A DNA stretch of 64,000 nt from Bdellovibrionota bacterium (GCA_050950765.1 JBMNIF010000001.1:288001-352000); one strand, 5' to 3'. Shown: positions 31,218 through 42,073, counted from the first letter of the stretch. Program-made: numbers and translations. The notes: generated by a model not told the origin, from the sequence alone.

Positions 31218-32783
31218 CCCAAACTTTCCCCTTTTTACGTATGTTAAGTAAGTAACAGTTCGGCTATTTTTAGCTCTGCTTTAGTTTGCTCGGCTAAATA
31301 CCAAGAGTCCCCAAGCCTAACTTTTTTAATTTCAGATAACCTTCTGATAGCATCTTCTAATGATATTGAAGTCGAAAGTTTATGTTTTTTTATTGTTTTT
31401 AATATTTCATAGCTCCACTGTATTGCTATGTGATTCACGAACATCCATCCCTGAAATTTATCATCATCACTCATATATGAAGCATCTGCTTTTAAAACAG
31501 TTTTTAACGTATCAAAAGATTGTTCAATAGATAGTCGCATTTTGTATAACGTGTATATTTCTTCTGCGGATGAGTCCAAATTTGAAAAGAATGCAACAGT
31601 TCCTAGCCTCACTTTTTTTAAATCAACATCTGTTAAATTGTATTTTTCTGGATGAGATATTGTTAATGAAACTAAGTTATTTTCCTCTTCACCTGCTAAA
31701 AACGGGTCTCTAAACAGATATATAAATCCATTCCCAATCTTATATTTTTTATATCTTAAGTACGTTTTATTATATTCAATAACGTTCCTGCTTGTTTCTA
31801 TTCCATCATAGTCTATAAGAGAGCTATTTCTACGCAATGGAATAACAAAGCTAAGTTTATTCTCTATAAGATCTTTAACGTTAGACTCTGAATAGAAACC
31901 CTTATCTGCAATAATAGTAGCATCACCAATTTCTGATTCTTGGATAGTTAAAGATAGAGCTTTTACATCTCTTATATTCCCAGCCAATAACCTATAATAG
32001 ACTGGTTGTTGCAATTTTTTAGAGTAAATATAAAGCAAACTCGCCTGCGTTTCCCAAAAATGGTCTTTATTATATCCTCCTTTAGCAAGACTCGACTTTC
32101 TCATAGATGTTCTAAGAAATGTAGAATCAATTAACAAAAAATCTTTTCCATGAATAAAACTCTTCATATATTCAGAACGAGCAAATTCATCTTTCCCAAT
32201 CGATTGCAAAATATTCGGAATAGCTTTCTTATTAAGAAGAAAATTAAGTTTTTCACTCAACATACTGTTTTCAAAATCATCATTCATGCGTTTAATAGGA
32301 GAGCAATGTTTGATCCTGCTGTATGACATCAGCAAAATAGCCTTCCACTTATCTGGAAAATAACACCGAAGTCTTTCAATAATTGTTTTTTGATTGAGGA
32401 TAAATTGAGATAAACCATACTCTCTGCACTTAATATTCACAGCAGGTACAAGGCTTCTCTTCTCACTTGGTATAAAACCGTCCTCTTCTGTAATTCGTCC
32501 AAGTAATTTACCAGTAACTTTCACGCTCCTTTTCCTCTCAGGGTCATACTTATAGCTGTAGCTATATAGGTAATATCTCCCATTGATAAGACGTACCTCT
32601 TTTCCTTTCTCTCGATATTTTGTTGCCCAATCAGGGTGTATTTTTGCTTTCTTTCCCATACCTAAATACGTATGTCAAAACAACAAAAAAGTCAACCCCC
32701 TTTTTTGTTAATTTTTAAAAAATTTCTATAGGTTATAACAATATGTTACTTTATTGTTACGTAAATCAACAGAAAAGTTTGGG
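31218..32783 (-). mobile_element. IS element (IS1634-like), 1566 bp
   Basis: Terminal inverted repeats CCCAAACTTT..TTTACGT at both ends; 6-bp target duplication ATTTAA at 31212-31217 and 32784-32789; AT-rich. Confidence 0.9.
31244..32659 (-). CDS. DDE transposase
   Basis: LLIDST, IIADKGFYS, YKMRLSIEQSFDTLK. Confidence 0.93.
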   Translation of the reverse strand: MGKKAKIHPDWATKYREKGKEVRLINGRYYLYSYSYKYDPERKRSVKVTGKLLGRITEEDGFIPSEKRSLVPAVNIKCREYGLSQFILNQKTIIERLRCYFPDKWKAILLMSYSRIKHCSPIKRMNDDFENSMLSEKLNFLLNKKAIPNILQSIGKDEFARSEYMKSFIHGKDFLLIDSTFLRTSMRKSSLAKGGYNKDHFWETQASLLYIYSKKLQQPVYYRLLAGNIRDVKALSLTIQESEIGDATIIADKGFYSESNVKDLIENKLSFVIPLRRNSSLIDYDGIETSRNVIEYNKTYLRYKKYKIGNGFIYLFRDPFLAGEEENNLVSLTISHPEKYNLTDVDLKKVRLGTVAFFSNLDSSAEEIYTLYKMRLSIEQSFDTLKTVLKADASYMSDDDKFQGWMFVNHIAIQWSYEILKTIKKHKLSTSISLEDAIRRLSEIKKVRLGDSWYLAEQTKAELKIAELLLT

Positions 32784-32869
32784 ATTTAAGTTATTAGGGG
32801 TATTGGAGTTTTAGTTATAGAATTATATACTACCAAGCATACTGTTTTTTGTCTTATGAGGTTTGATGC

Positions 32870-34226
32870 GTGGTCTTAATGCTTGGTTGGGAGTATCCTC
32901 CCTATATAAGTGGCGGTTTAGGTACAGCTTGTGAAGGGCTTACTAAGGGGGCTGGCTCGTCTCGGCGTTGAGATTCTTTTTGTTGTTCCTAAGGTTTATG
33001 GGGGTGAAGATACTCCCCATATGTCACTTTTTGATTCATATCTTGGTCGTATCAGTGGGCCGGAACCGCACCGCATAAACTTAGATGAAGAGAAAGAAGA
33101 TCTTGATGATATTGATGATTTGATAGTGACACAGCGTGTGCCCGCTGCTTTGAAGCCGTATTGGACGCCGGATGATTTTAAAAGTTATATCGCAGCTTTG
33201 CATAAAACAAAACCTGCAGCACCACTAGAAGAAAAAGAGAAGAAAGCTAAAAAGAAAAAAAGGGGCAAGCCTGCTGGTGGAAAATATGGAAAAGATATCT
33301 TTCAAGAGGTGGCGCTTTATGCTGAAAATGTTTTAGCAACGTTACAAGAAGAAGAGTTCGATCTGATCCATGCTCATGATTGGATGACATATCCTGCCGG
33401 ACTAGCTTTAAAAAAAGCCACAGGTAGGCCTCTTGTGGTGCATGTTCATAGCTTAGAGTACGATCGGAGTGGTGCTAATGTTGATCCACGTATTTTTGCT
33501 ATTGAAAGGATGGGGATCAGGTCCGCAGATGGTGTAATCGCTGTCAGTAAATATACAAAATGGATCGTGCATCGTGAACACGGGGTGCCGTTAGATAAAA
33601 TTTTTGTGGTTTATAACGGGATCTATCCTAAAAAGGTCGTTGAATATTACAGGAAAGAGTCTGAACTGCAGAGAAAGGTGGTGCTCTTTTTAGGTAGAGT
33701 TACCTTTCAAAAAGGTCCTGAATATTTTGTTGAATTGGCAGCGCGTGTTGTGCCGCATGTGCCAGAGGTTCTCTTTGTCATGGCCGGTACGGGAGATCTA
33801 CTGACAAAGTTGATGGCAAAGGTAAATAGGTTGGGGCTGCAAAAACACTTTCATTTTGCTGGATTTTTAAAGGGAAAAGAGGTCGATCGGATGTTTTCTA
33901 TCGCTGACCTTTATATTATGCCGTCGGTTTCGGAGCCTTTTGGTATTTCAGCTTTAGAAGCTGTTAATTTTGATACACCGGCTATCATTTCAAAACAATC
34001 GGGGGTGGCAGAAGTTTTATCGCATGCTTTAAAGTTTGATTATTGGGACGTTGATACATTGGCGGATTATGTTGTAAACGGGTTGATTCATAAAGATTTA
34101 AGAGCGGATCTGGCTGTAAACTCTAAGCGTGAATTAAAAAAATTGCGTTGGGAAGCTTCTGCTAGAAGCGCTATCGAAGTTTATAATAAAGTTGCTCCGC
34201 ACGTTAAATTAGCGATCGGGGAATAA
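32870..34226 (+). pseudogene. Glycosyltransferase family 4 (glycogen-synthase-like) with a +1 frameshift near the 5' end
   Basis: Conserved N-terminus VLMLGWEYPPYISGGLGTACEGLTKG is out of frame with the body (HAHDWMT, GRVTFQKG, PSVSEPFG); extra G in G5 at 32947-32951. Confidence 0.8.
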
Positions 34227-34276
34227 GGTTTGCGGATAAAAATTAAGGGAATACTAACTGTATTTGGCGGGATTAG

Positions 34277-35512
34277 ATGTCTTCAGTTTGCTTTTATTTT
34301 CAAGTTCATCAACCGTATCGATTGCGGCGCTTCAGCTACTTCGATTCGTCAAGAGAACTGAACTATTTTGATGAAGAAGCAAACGCTATTGTATTTCGTA
34401 AGGTGGCTGAAAAGAGCTATCTGCCGACTAATAAAGTTTTGTTAGATCTAATAAAGCGTTTTCGAGGACGCTTTCGTTTTGCTTTTAGTTTGTCGGGTAT
34501 CGTTGTGGAGCAGATGCAGAGATATGCACCTGATGTTCTGGCAAGTTTTCAAGAATTAGTTGCTACCGGTTCAGTTGAAATTCTGGGGGAGACGTATCAC
34601 CACACTTTAGCATCGATCTATGATGAACATGAGTTTTGTGAACAGGTGATGCGTCACGATGAGTTGATGAAATTTATCTTTGGTGCAGAGCCTAAGGTCT
34701 TTCGTAATACAGAGTTGATTTATGATGATAGAATAGGGGAGATGGTTGCTTCCTTAAGGTATCGTGGCATTATCGCAGAGGGTGCGGATGATATCTTAAA
34801 TGGGAGAACACCTAATAAAGTTTATAAAAATCCCTATTCTGGTTTGCCAATTTTAGCGAAAAACTACGCACTTTCCGATGATATCGCCTTTAGGTTTTCT
34901 AACGTAAATTGGAAAGGATACCCGCTTACTCCTGAAAAATTCGCCTATTCTTTACACAGCGTTACAGATAGTGCTCATGTAGTTAATCTCTTCATGGATT
35001 ATGAAACTTTTGGAGAGCATCAGTGGAGTTCTAGCGGAATATTTTCTTTTTTAAATGAGATGCCGAGTGCGGTTTTAAGTGATAGACGGTGGAATTTTTT
35101 AACGCCGAGTGAGGTCATCAACTGTTATGCGCCTGTTGAAGCGCTTCCGTATAAACGTTTAACGTCGTGGGCTGATAAGAATAGAGATCTTTCAGCATGG
35201 TTAGGAAATAGGATACAACGTGCAGCGTTACAGGAGATAGTAGCTTTGGCGCCACATATAAGAAAAATTGATGATCCGCATATTACAACCGTTTGGAGAA
35301 GGCTTCAGACCTCTGATCATTTTTATTATATGTGTACCAGTGGCTCTGAAGATGGAGATGTTCACGCCTATTTTAGTCCGTATCAGAGCCCGTATGATGC
35401 TTTTATTCGTTATATGAATGTGCTTAAGGATTTTAAATGGTGGGTTTTTCAACGTTCAGCAGAGATGGGAGATGTTGATCAGAATCGAGGGGTGTTGAGA
35501 ATTCACTATTGA
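34277..35512 (+). CDS. Glycoside hydrolase family 57
   Basis: FQVHQP, ETYHH, FRNTELIY, LSDDIAFRFS, MDYETFGEHQ. Confidence 0.94.
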   Translation: MSSVCFYFQVHQPYRLRRFSYFDSSRELNYFDEEANAIVFRKVAEKSYLPTNKVLLDLIKRFRGRFRFAFSLSGIVVEQMQRYAPDVLASFQELVATGSVEILGETYHHTLASIYDEHEFCEQVMRHDELMKFIFGAEPKVFRNTELIYDDRIGEMVASLRYRGIIAEGADDILNGRTPNKVYKNPYSGLPILAKNYALSDDIAFRFSNVNWKGYPLTPEKFAYSLHSVTDSAHVVNLFMDYETFGEHQWSSSGIFSFLNEMPSAVLSDRRWNFLTPSEVINCYAPVEALPYKRLTSWADKNRDLSAWLGNRIQRAALQEIVALAPHIRKIDDPHITTVWRRLQTSDHFYYMCTSGSEDGDVHAYFSPYQSPYDAFIRYMNVLKDFKWWVFQRSAEMGDVDQNRGVLRIHY

Positions 35513-35530
35513 TTTTAATTTTTTGGTATT

Positions 35531-36148
35531 ATGCAGTTTTATTCGACATCAGTTCAAGAGGCGTTTGCCACATTAGGTTTAGGATCTGAAGCTTCTTTTG
35601 AAGAGGTAAAGAAGAGGTATCGTTCATTATTGAAAAAATATCATCCTGATAAGTTTGCTTTGGATGAAAAAAAAAGAAAGGCAGCGGAAGATAAAACCAT
35701 AGCTTTGAATAATGCTATGGACGATCTTGAAAACTATTTCAAGGACTCAAAGGCACAGCAATCTAGTCGAAGCTATGCTGGTAGCACCTCCTCAACTACT
35801 TCATATTCAGGTAATCGAGGGAGACAGAGAACGCAAAACGAGTACTCGGACGAAGGAGAGACTCGACGTGGCTCCTACGAGAATTATAGTTATAATATCT
35901 TTGAAGATGGTGGAAGCGCTTCTGGAAGACGGTATTACGGAAGAGCTAAAAATCCAGAAACGGCGTATGAAGAGTTTGAAGAGATAAGAAATCGAGAAAG
36001 ACAGTGGTGGGGACGGAGAGGATGCTTACATGCGCTCTTATTTGCTGAATACGGTTGTAATTGGTTTAGTAACTTAGTGATTAGAATAATCTATATTATT
36101 ATTACGTTTATCATATTGTATATACGATACCAGATCGATGAATGGTAA
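35531..36148 (+). CDS. J-domain protein with C-terminal TM helix
   Basis: KYHPDK J-domain motif; hydrophobic C-terminus. Confidence 0.85.
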   Translation: MQFYSTSVQEAFATLGLGSEASFEEVKKRYRSLLKKYHPDKFALDEKKRKAAEDKTIALNNAMDDLENYFKDSKAQQSSRSYAGSTSSTTSYSGNRGRQRTQNEYSDEGETRRGSYENYSYNIFEDGGSASGRRYYGRAKNPETAYEEFEEIRNRERQWWGRRGCLHALLFAEYGCNWFSNLVIRIIYIIITFIILYIRYQIDEW

Positions 36149-36300
36149 ATTTTTAACCTCCGTAGAAATCTAGCTGATTCATTTTTTAGTATCAGCCCGC
36201 TTAATTGTTCCTAGTGGGTAGTAACAAATTTTTAACCTTCGTGAAGACCTAGCTGATCCTGTTTTTAGTTGCAGCCCGCTCTGTCGTTCCTAGTGGGTTA
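36147..36300 (+). repeat. Two degenerate module-X repeats
   Basis: AAATTTTTAACCT(C/T)CGT..CTAGCTGAT..CAGCCCG..CCTAGTGGGT occurs twice. Confidence 0.85.
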
Positions 36301-36509
36301 CAGTAAAATGTCGAACTATCTGCAATAATAAAGCATAGATATATAAAAAGTTCATTTTATCTTTAATATCGCTTTTATTCGAGAATTTTTACCTGCGAAA
36401 AATATAAGCTACTCCTCAATATTTACAAAAATTATGAAAATGGTGTGTTTTTATAAGTATCAAATAAGTGTAAAATAACCATTGGCATATAATTTGGAGA
36501 GATAATCAG

Positions 36510-37769
36510 ATGCTTTTACAGTTTTCCGTTTCAAATTTTAAGTCTATTAAGGAAGAAAGCTACTTTACAGCTATCGCTAATAATGAAAAAGAACACGAGA
36601 ATAATTTGATTAAATATAATAAAACTAGAGTGCTTCCTACACTTGGGTTTTATGGTGCTAACGCATCTGGTAAAAGTAATATCTTTATAGCTATGGAAGT
36701 AGCTATTTCATTCGTTAGAAACTCTCATCTATATCAAGTTAGCGATGAAATTCCACTCTTCCCATTTTCTTTTGATGATAAATATAAAAAAGGTAAAACT
36801 AAAATAGACTTTATATTTGTACATAATAATAAAAAATATGCTTACGGCTTTGTCGCAAATAAAAATAAAGTTTATGAAGAATATTTATATGAATATAAGT
36901 CTTCAAAACCTAGTAAAATATTTGAAAGAACTGATGTTAATAAATATAGCTTCCCTAGAAATCATAGTAAATTAAACGATTATACTAATAAAAATACCGA
37001 TAATAAATTATTTTTAAACACTGCAACTGCTTGGAACGCTGAAGCAACAAAAGATGCGTTTTTGTGGTTTAACGAGATTCAAGTTTTTGGAAAACATCCT
37101 TTTTATTCCGAAAAAAATAGACACACATCTTTAAATTATCTAAGTGAATATAAAAATGATTTAAAGTTTAGAAGCTTTATAAAATCGTTATTACATGAAG
37201 CAGATATTGGAATTGTCGATTACGATGTGCAAAGTGAATTTTACGAGGTTCCATTTTTAGATATTAGCGAAATGGGAGTATCAGTAAAATCACGCAAAGA
37301 GAAAAGAATAAATACGATACATAAAATAAAAAATAGTAAAAGTGGTAAGTATGAACAAAAATATTTAGAGCTTATAGACGAATCGGAAGGAACCCAATTA
37401 TTAATTCTTTATGGACCTTTAATATGGGAGACATTAACTAAAGGTAGGACGATATTGATAGATGAAATAGATAACAGTTTACATATAAGCTTAGCTAAAT
37501 ATTTAATAGAACTCTTCAATAATAAAGAGATAAATAGAAATGGAGCGCAACTAATATTTATTACTCATGATACTAATTTACTAGACTTAGATATCTTTAG
37601 AAAAGACCAGATATATTTTGTTGAGAAAGATGGAGATACTGGGGCGTCTCAAATATATTCCCTAGCAGAGTTTAATTTTGACATGACAAAACCTATAGAT
37701 ATAAGGAAATGTTATTTACACGGACGATTTGGTGCAATGCCATTTATAGGAGAAGGAGTTAAGTGGTAA
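36510..37769 (+). CDS. AAA_21-type ATPase (RloA/AbiLi-like)
   Basis: FSVSNFKSI, YGANASGKS, ESEGT, IDEIDNSLH, AQLIFITHD, YLHGRFGAMP. Confidence 0.88.
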   Translation: MLLQFSVSNFKSIKEESYFTAIANNEKEHENNLIKYNKTRVLPTLGFYGANASGKSNIFIAMEVAISFVRNSHLYQVSDEIPLFPFSFDDKYKKGKTKIDFIFVHNNKKYAYGFVANKNKVYEEYLYEYKSSKPSKIFERTDVNKYSFPRNHSKLNDYTNKNTDNKLFLNTATAWNAEATKDAFLWFNEIQVFGKHPFYSEKNRHTSLNYLSEYKNDLKFRSFIKSLLHEADIGIVDYDVQSEFYEVPFLDISEMGVSVKSRKEKRINTIHKIKNSKSGKYEQKYLELIDESEGTQLLILYGPLIWETLTKGRTILIDEIDNSLHISLAKYLIELFNNKEINRNGAQLIFITHDTNLLDLDIFRKDQIYFVEKDGDTGASQIYSLAEFNFDMTKPIDIRKCYLHGRFGAMPFIGEGVKW

Positions 37770-38410
37770 GGAAAATAAATATAAAAGAGAGAATAAAGAA
37801 GGTTGCCAATCGTGAAGTTCATAAAATTATAATCGTAGGTGGTGAAGGAAAATATCAGTCTGAAAGATGTTATTTAAAAGAGTTAGGGAAACGATATAGA
37901 TTAAGAATTGTTTTTGCAGAAGGAAATGATACAGACCCTGAAAAAATAGTTAAAAATACTATAAGTAAGGTAGATGAAAAAGTAAAAGAAATAAAATTTG
38001 ATAAAGATAAAGAGCTTGCAGTCAGTGTTTTTGATATAGATCTTAAAGAAGAAAAAGAAGAGCAATTAGCAAAGGCTAAAAAACTTGCAAAGAAAAATAA
38101 TATTGAGTTAATAACCTCTAATCCCTGTTTTGAAGTTTGGTATCTTTTGCATTTTAAATATTCAACTAAGCCTTTTAAATCTTCTAAAGAAGTCGTAGAT
38201 GAACTTAAAAAGTTTGATAAATACTATAAAAAAGGTAAGTGTGATTTTGCCATATATGAAAAGGAAATGGATAAGGCTATTAATAATTGTAAAGAATTAG
38301 ATAAACATCATAGGGGGAAAGCATCAGAACGAGTTAAAGAATTTAATAATCCTCAGACGGAAATGTATAAATTAGTCGAAGAGCTTATTAAAGAAGCTAG
38401 TGTGCAATAG
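37763..38410 (+). CDS. RloB-family protein
   Basis: EG..SERCY, VFDID, SNPCFEVWYLLHF, NPQT; overlaps the ATPase gene. Confidence 0.88.
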   Translation: MVRKINIKERIKKVANREVHKIIIVGGEGKYQSERCYLKELGKRYRLRIVFAEGNDTDPEKIVKNTISKVDEKVKEIKFDKDKELAVSVFDIDLKEEKEEQLAKAKKLAKKNNIELITSNPCFEVWYLLHFKYSTKPFKSSKEVVDELKKFDKYYKKGKCDFAIYEKEMDKAINNCKELDKHHRGKASERVKEFNNPQTEMYKLVEELIKEASVQ

Positions 38411-38461
38411 CTCTTAGAATATAGCCAAAAAACTAAACTAAACTAAATTTAATATCGTCGT

Positions 38462-38648
38462 CAATTAGGACACCCACTTTTTACCCCGTCAAGATCTAGC
38501 CGATCCGCTTTGCAGTTGCAGCCCGTTCGGTTGTCCCTAGTGGGTGGCAGCAAATTTTTGACCTTCGTCCAGATCTAGCTGATTCATTTTTTAGTATCAG
38601 CCCGCTCGGTCGTTCCTAGTGGGTGGCAGTAGGTGTCTCGGATCCAAC
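38462..38648 (+). repeat. Degenerate Y/X/X modules of the GGGTGGCACCA repeat family
   Basis: CAATTAGGACACCCACTTTT followed by two X copies ending CCTAGTGGGTGGCAG. Confidence 0.85.
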
Positions 38649-38649
38649 C

Positions 38650-39171
38650 TTAACTAACAGCAACTTCTTTGTTTCCATTTATATTTTTAATGTATGCGAA
38701 TGCAGAAGTTAAAAAAGTTGATACATCCGTTATGAAAGCTGGATAAGCTTTGATATGAAAATCGAAGATACCCCAGAGAAAGACGCTGAGCATTAAAACA
38801 GCTCTCATATTTTGGACAGACTTTACGTAATAAGTTAAAATAATGAGCGACACTGAAGCGATTATGGGAAGAATGCCAATCCAAGAATTTTTATTAAAAT
38901 AAAGGCCAAATAATATGATAACTATGCATATAGCGAATGTTATAGTTTTAGTTAATTTACCCGTTACTTCTAAAATATGCCTAATTGCCATAGATGAATT
39001 AGCAATAAATCCTGAATAGCCACCTAAAACAAGGTTAGAGAGTGCACAGAACGTGCAAGTTAAAGATATTAGCGTGATCATTTTTTTCTTGTTTTTACTA
39101 AATATAGAAAAAAGAAGAAAAGTAGCACCAGTAAAAGATAAAACCTGACCTAATAGAAATAACTTGTTCAT
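38650..39171 (-). CDS. YgjV-like inner membrane protein
   Basis: Small multi-TM protein, LGGYSG, GILPIIAS; AT-rich. Confidence 0.7.
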   Translation of the reverse strand: MNKLFLLGQVLSFTGATFLLFSIFSKNKKKMITLISLTCTFCALSNLVLGGYSGFIANSSMAIRHILEVTGKLTKTITFAICIVIILFGLYFNKNSWIGILPIIASVSLIILTYYVKSVQNMRAVLMLSVFLWGIFDFHIKAYPAFITDVSTFLTSAFAYIKNINGNKEVAVS

Positions 39172-39242
39172 AACTTAAATAGCCCTTAATAAAAAATAAT
39201 GTATAGCTTAATATAAATGATTTTTTAAAAATAGAGAGGGAT

Positions 39243-40268
39243 CGTCCCTAAAGGGTAGTACCAAATTTTTGACCTAATTAGGACACCCACTTTTACTGGT
39301 GGGTGGCACCAAATTTTTAACCCCCGTAGAGACCTAGCCGATTCGGTTTTTAGTTGCAGCCCGTCCAACCGTCCCTAAAGGGTGGCACCAGATCCAAGCT
39401 TCGTTTCACCGCTCCGCTGCCAATTAGGACACCCACTTTTACTGGTGGGTGGCACCAACGCCCTAAAGGGTGGCACCAAAACTGCCGAATTCTAGCTTTT
39501 GCTAACGTCTTGATATTATTGAATGTTGCGATTTTGAAGTTTGGATGTCCTATTTGCAGAACGTCTGCGACGCTAGTGGGTGGCACCAACGACAGCCCCC
39601 GACAAAGAAGGGTGGCACCAAAACTGTCGAATTCTAGCTTTTGCTAACGTCTTGATATTATTGAATGTTGCGATTTTGAAGTTTGGATGTCCTATTTGCA
39701 GAACGTCTGCGACGCTAAAGGGTGGCACCAAATTTTTAACCCCCGTAGAGACCTAACCAATTTGTTTTTTAGTTACAGCCCGTTCGGCTGTCCCTAGTGG
39801 GTTCAACCGTCCCTAAAGGGTGGCACCAAAACTGTCGAATTCTAGCTTTTGCTAACGTCTTGATATTATTGAATATTGCGATTTTGAAGTTTGGATGTCC
39901 TATTTGCAGAACGTCTGCGACGCTAAAGGGTGGCACCAAATTTTTAACCTCCGTAGAGACCTAGCCGATTCGGTTTTTAGTTGCAGCCCGTCCAACCGTC
40001 CCTAAAGGGTGGCACCAGATCCAAGCTTCGTTTCACCGCTCCGCTGCCAATTAGGACACCCACTTTTACTGGTGGGTGGCACCAAATTTTTACCCACAAA
40101 GACAAAGAAGGGTGGCACCAAATTTCCCCCGACAAAGAAGGGTGGCACCAGATCCAAGCCCAGCCAAATCTGCCTAAAGTGGTGGGTGGCACCAAATTTT
40201 TAACCCCCCCTAGAGACCTAGCCGATTCGGTTTTTAGTTGCACCCCGTTCGGCTGTCCCTAGTGGGTG
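39243..40268 (+). repeat. Mosaic repeat array: 14 perfect GGGTGGCACCA cores joined by reused modules
   Basis: Cores at about 39301, 39380, 39447, 39468, 39578, 39610, 39720, 39818, 39928, 40007, 40074, 40110, 40140, 40184. Confidence 0.95.
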
Positions 40269-40277
40269 TTGGCAAAA

Positions 40278-41351
40278 TCAATCTTGTGGTGGCTGCTGCG
40301 GCGAGTCCTGTTTTGGCTCGCTCCACTCAACAAAGACGGTGCTGGCTACCGCTAAAAGGGCTGGACCTAAAAATACCCCTAACACCCCAAAAGAGAGGGC
40401 ACCACCCATAACGCCAAGTAGAACCAAAATCAGAGACATCTTACTACCTTTACTGATAATATATGGTTTTAGAAAGTTATCGACAGAGCTAACTATCAGG
40501 AGCCCCCATAAGATCATAAAAACGCCGCTCCAGATCTGACTATGATAGAAAAGCCAAACTGCGACGCTACCCCAGACTAAGGGGGGACCTACTGGGATAG
40601 GAGAAAATATACAGACTAAAAGCCCTAGCAATGCAGCATTCGGTACACCGAAGATCCAAAATCCGATACCAGCCAATAAGCCTTGAGCTAAAGCAGTTCC
40701 GATAATGCCATAAACAACGCTACGTAAAGTTGATCCTGCCACAAAGAGTAGTTGCCTTGATTTTTCACCTGCTATCTTGGAAACAGCAGATTGTAACCTC
40801 GTAAAAAAAAGTTCGCCGTCACGGTACATAAAAAAAGTTAAAAAGATACTAAGCAACACATAAAATATAGCTTCCCCCGCATAGCTCGTGCCAGCTAATA
40901 AAAAATCTCTACCATAGATAGCTACTTGCTTAAGTATTGATAATAGATAAGGACGACTTCCCGCTAACTCTTGCCACTGTGCATCAAGCCAAGCGCCGAC
41001 AAGGGGAGTTTCTTCAAGCCATGTTGGTGGTGGCGGAAGTCCTTTATCTAAAATCTCCATAGTGGCGCTATAAGCGGATTTGACGTTATCTGCTAATGAC
41101 CAACCAGCGATAACAATCGGTACCACCATTAATATCAGATAACAGGAGATAAGAATTATAGCTGCTAATTGTTTACGATTACCGAGATGATCACATAGCC
41201 AAACAAAAACAGGCCAAGTAACAAGTGCTAAAATAAGTGCCCACAAAATAGCAGCTAAAAACGGCTTAAGAACTAAAAACGTTCCGATAAATAAAGCTGC
41301 AGCCATTACTATTAAAGCGATCTGTTCAAGTCTCTTTGAGGTGCTGACCAT
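40278..41351 (-). CDS. AI-2E family transporter (YdiK-like)
   Basis: PFLAAILWA, F.YRDG, VDNFLKP, GVFLGP; start moved to ATG 41351. Confidence 0.9.
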   Translation of the reverse strand: MVSTSKRLEQIALIVMAAALFIGTFLVLKPFLAAILWALILALVTWPVFVWLCDHLGNRKQLAAIILISCYLILMVVPIVIAGWSLADNVKSAYSATMEILDKGLPPPPTWLEETPLVGAWLDAQWQELAGSRPYLLSILKQVAIYGRDFLLAGTSYAGEAIFYVLLSIFLTFFMYRDGELFFTRLQSAVSKIAGEKSRQLLFVAGSTLRSVVYGIIGTALAQGLLAGIGFWIFGVPNAALLGLLVCIFSPIPVGPPLVWGSVAVWLFYHSQIWSGVFMILWGLLIVSSVDNFLKPYIISKGSKMSLILVLLGVMGGALSFGVLGVFLGPALLAVASTVFVEWSEPKQDSPQQPPQD

Positions 41352-41589
41352 AGTAAGATTTTCCCGAAAGGCGTTGATATACAAAGAGGCAGCGCAACAA
41401 TTTTTTTGATGCTCTCCCCTTTTAAATTACTTTTGCTGTACTTTAAAGTGTTAAAGGTATTTTAACAATGATCAGTATAACGAAAGGGGATGTGAAGTTA
41501 AAAAAATCCCCCCAATAAAAAGATAATTGGCTTATTGGATCTCCTGATTGCCTGATTGAAAGGAGAGATAGGGGGTAGAGATCTTAAAT

Positions 41590-41769
41590 TTAGTTCCAGA
41601 TGACATCGGCGGGTATTTTTTGGGTTTCAGGATCTTGTGCCAAATCTTGACACATATTATCAATCATATTGAAAGCACGAGCCAGAATCTCCATATCTTC
41701 TATGGCTAATTCTATCATTTCAAAAGTTTCTTCTTTTTGAATGGAGTCTCTTCTTTCTTTTTTGTCCAT
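41590..41769 (-). CDS. Small acidic hypothetical protein (59 aa)
   Basis: MDKKERRDSIQKEETFEMIELAIEDMEILARAFNMIDNMCQDLAQDPETQKIPADVIWN; AAGGT SD; below the ORF-track cutoff. Confidence 0.5.
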   Translation of the reverse strand: MDKKERRDSIQKEETFEMIELAIEDMEILARAFNMIDNMCQDLAQDPETQKIPADVIWN

Positions 41770-42073
41770 ATAAAAACCTTAAAATATAAGTGCCTGCAAA
41801 AACCTTTTAAGTATGTAGGACAGAAGATGTACTACTACTTAAAATCTCAAAGGTTAAATCGGGTAGATAACCTTGCTCCTCTGATACCTGCAGAGGGCTT
41901 ATTTTATGCAGAATTTACTTTTGCATATTTCAGACCATATGTTATGTCGGTAAAATATTAGATGTGCTTTAGTAAAAATGACCATTTTTATTATAAAGAT
42001 TTCAAGGGCTTAAGATAATAAGAAGATGAGGTAGATCTAAATGCTACATAGTCAATGAAGTGACGAAATAAAA

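Noticed and set aside
39350..40262. ORFs 39350-39589, 39354-39647, 39977-40243, 39981-40262 and 40009-40203
   Set aside because: Translations of the repeat mosaic (recurring GWHQ/WCHP); no coding evidence
39243..40268. CRISPR array
   Set aside because: Core is only 11 bp; spacers are reused and range from ~10 to 99 bp; no cas genes in the window
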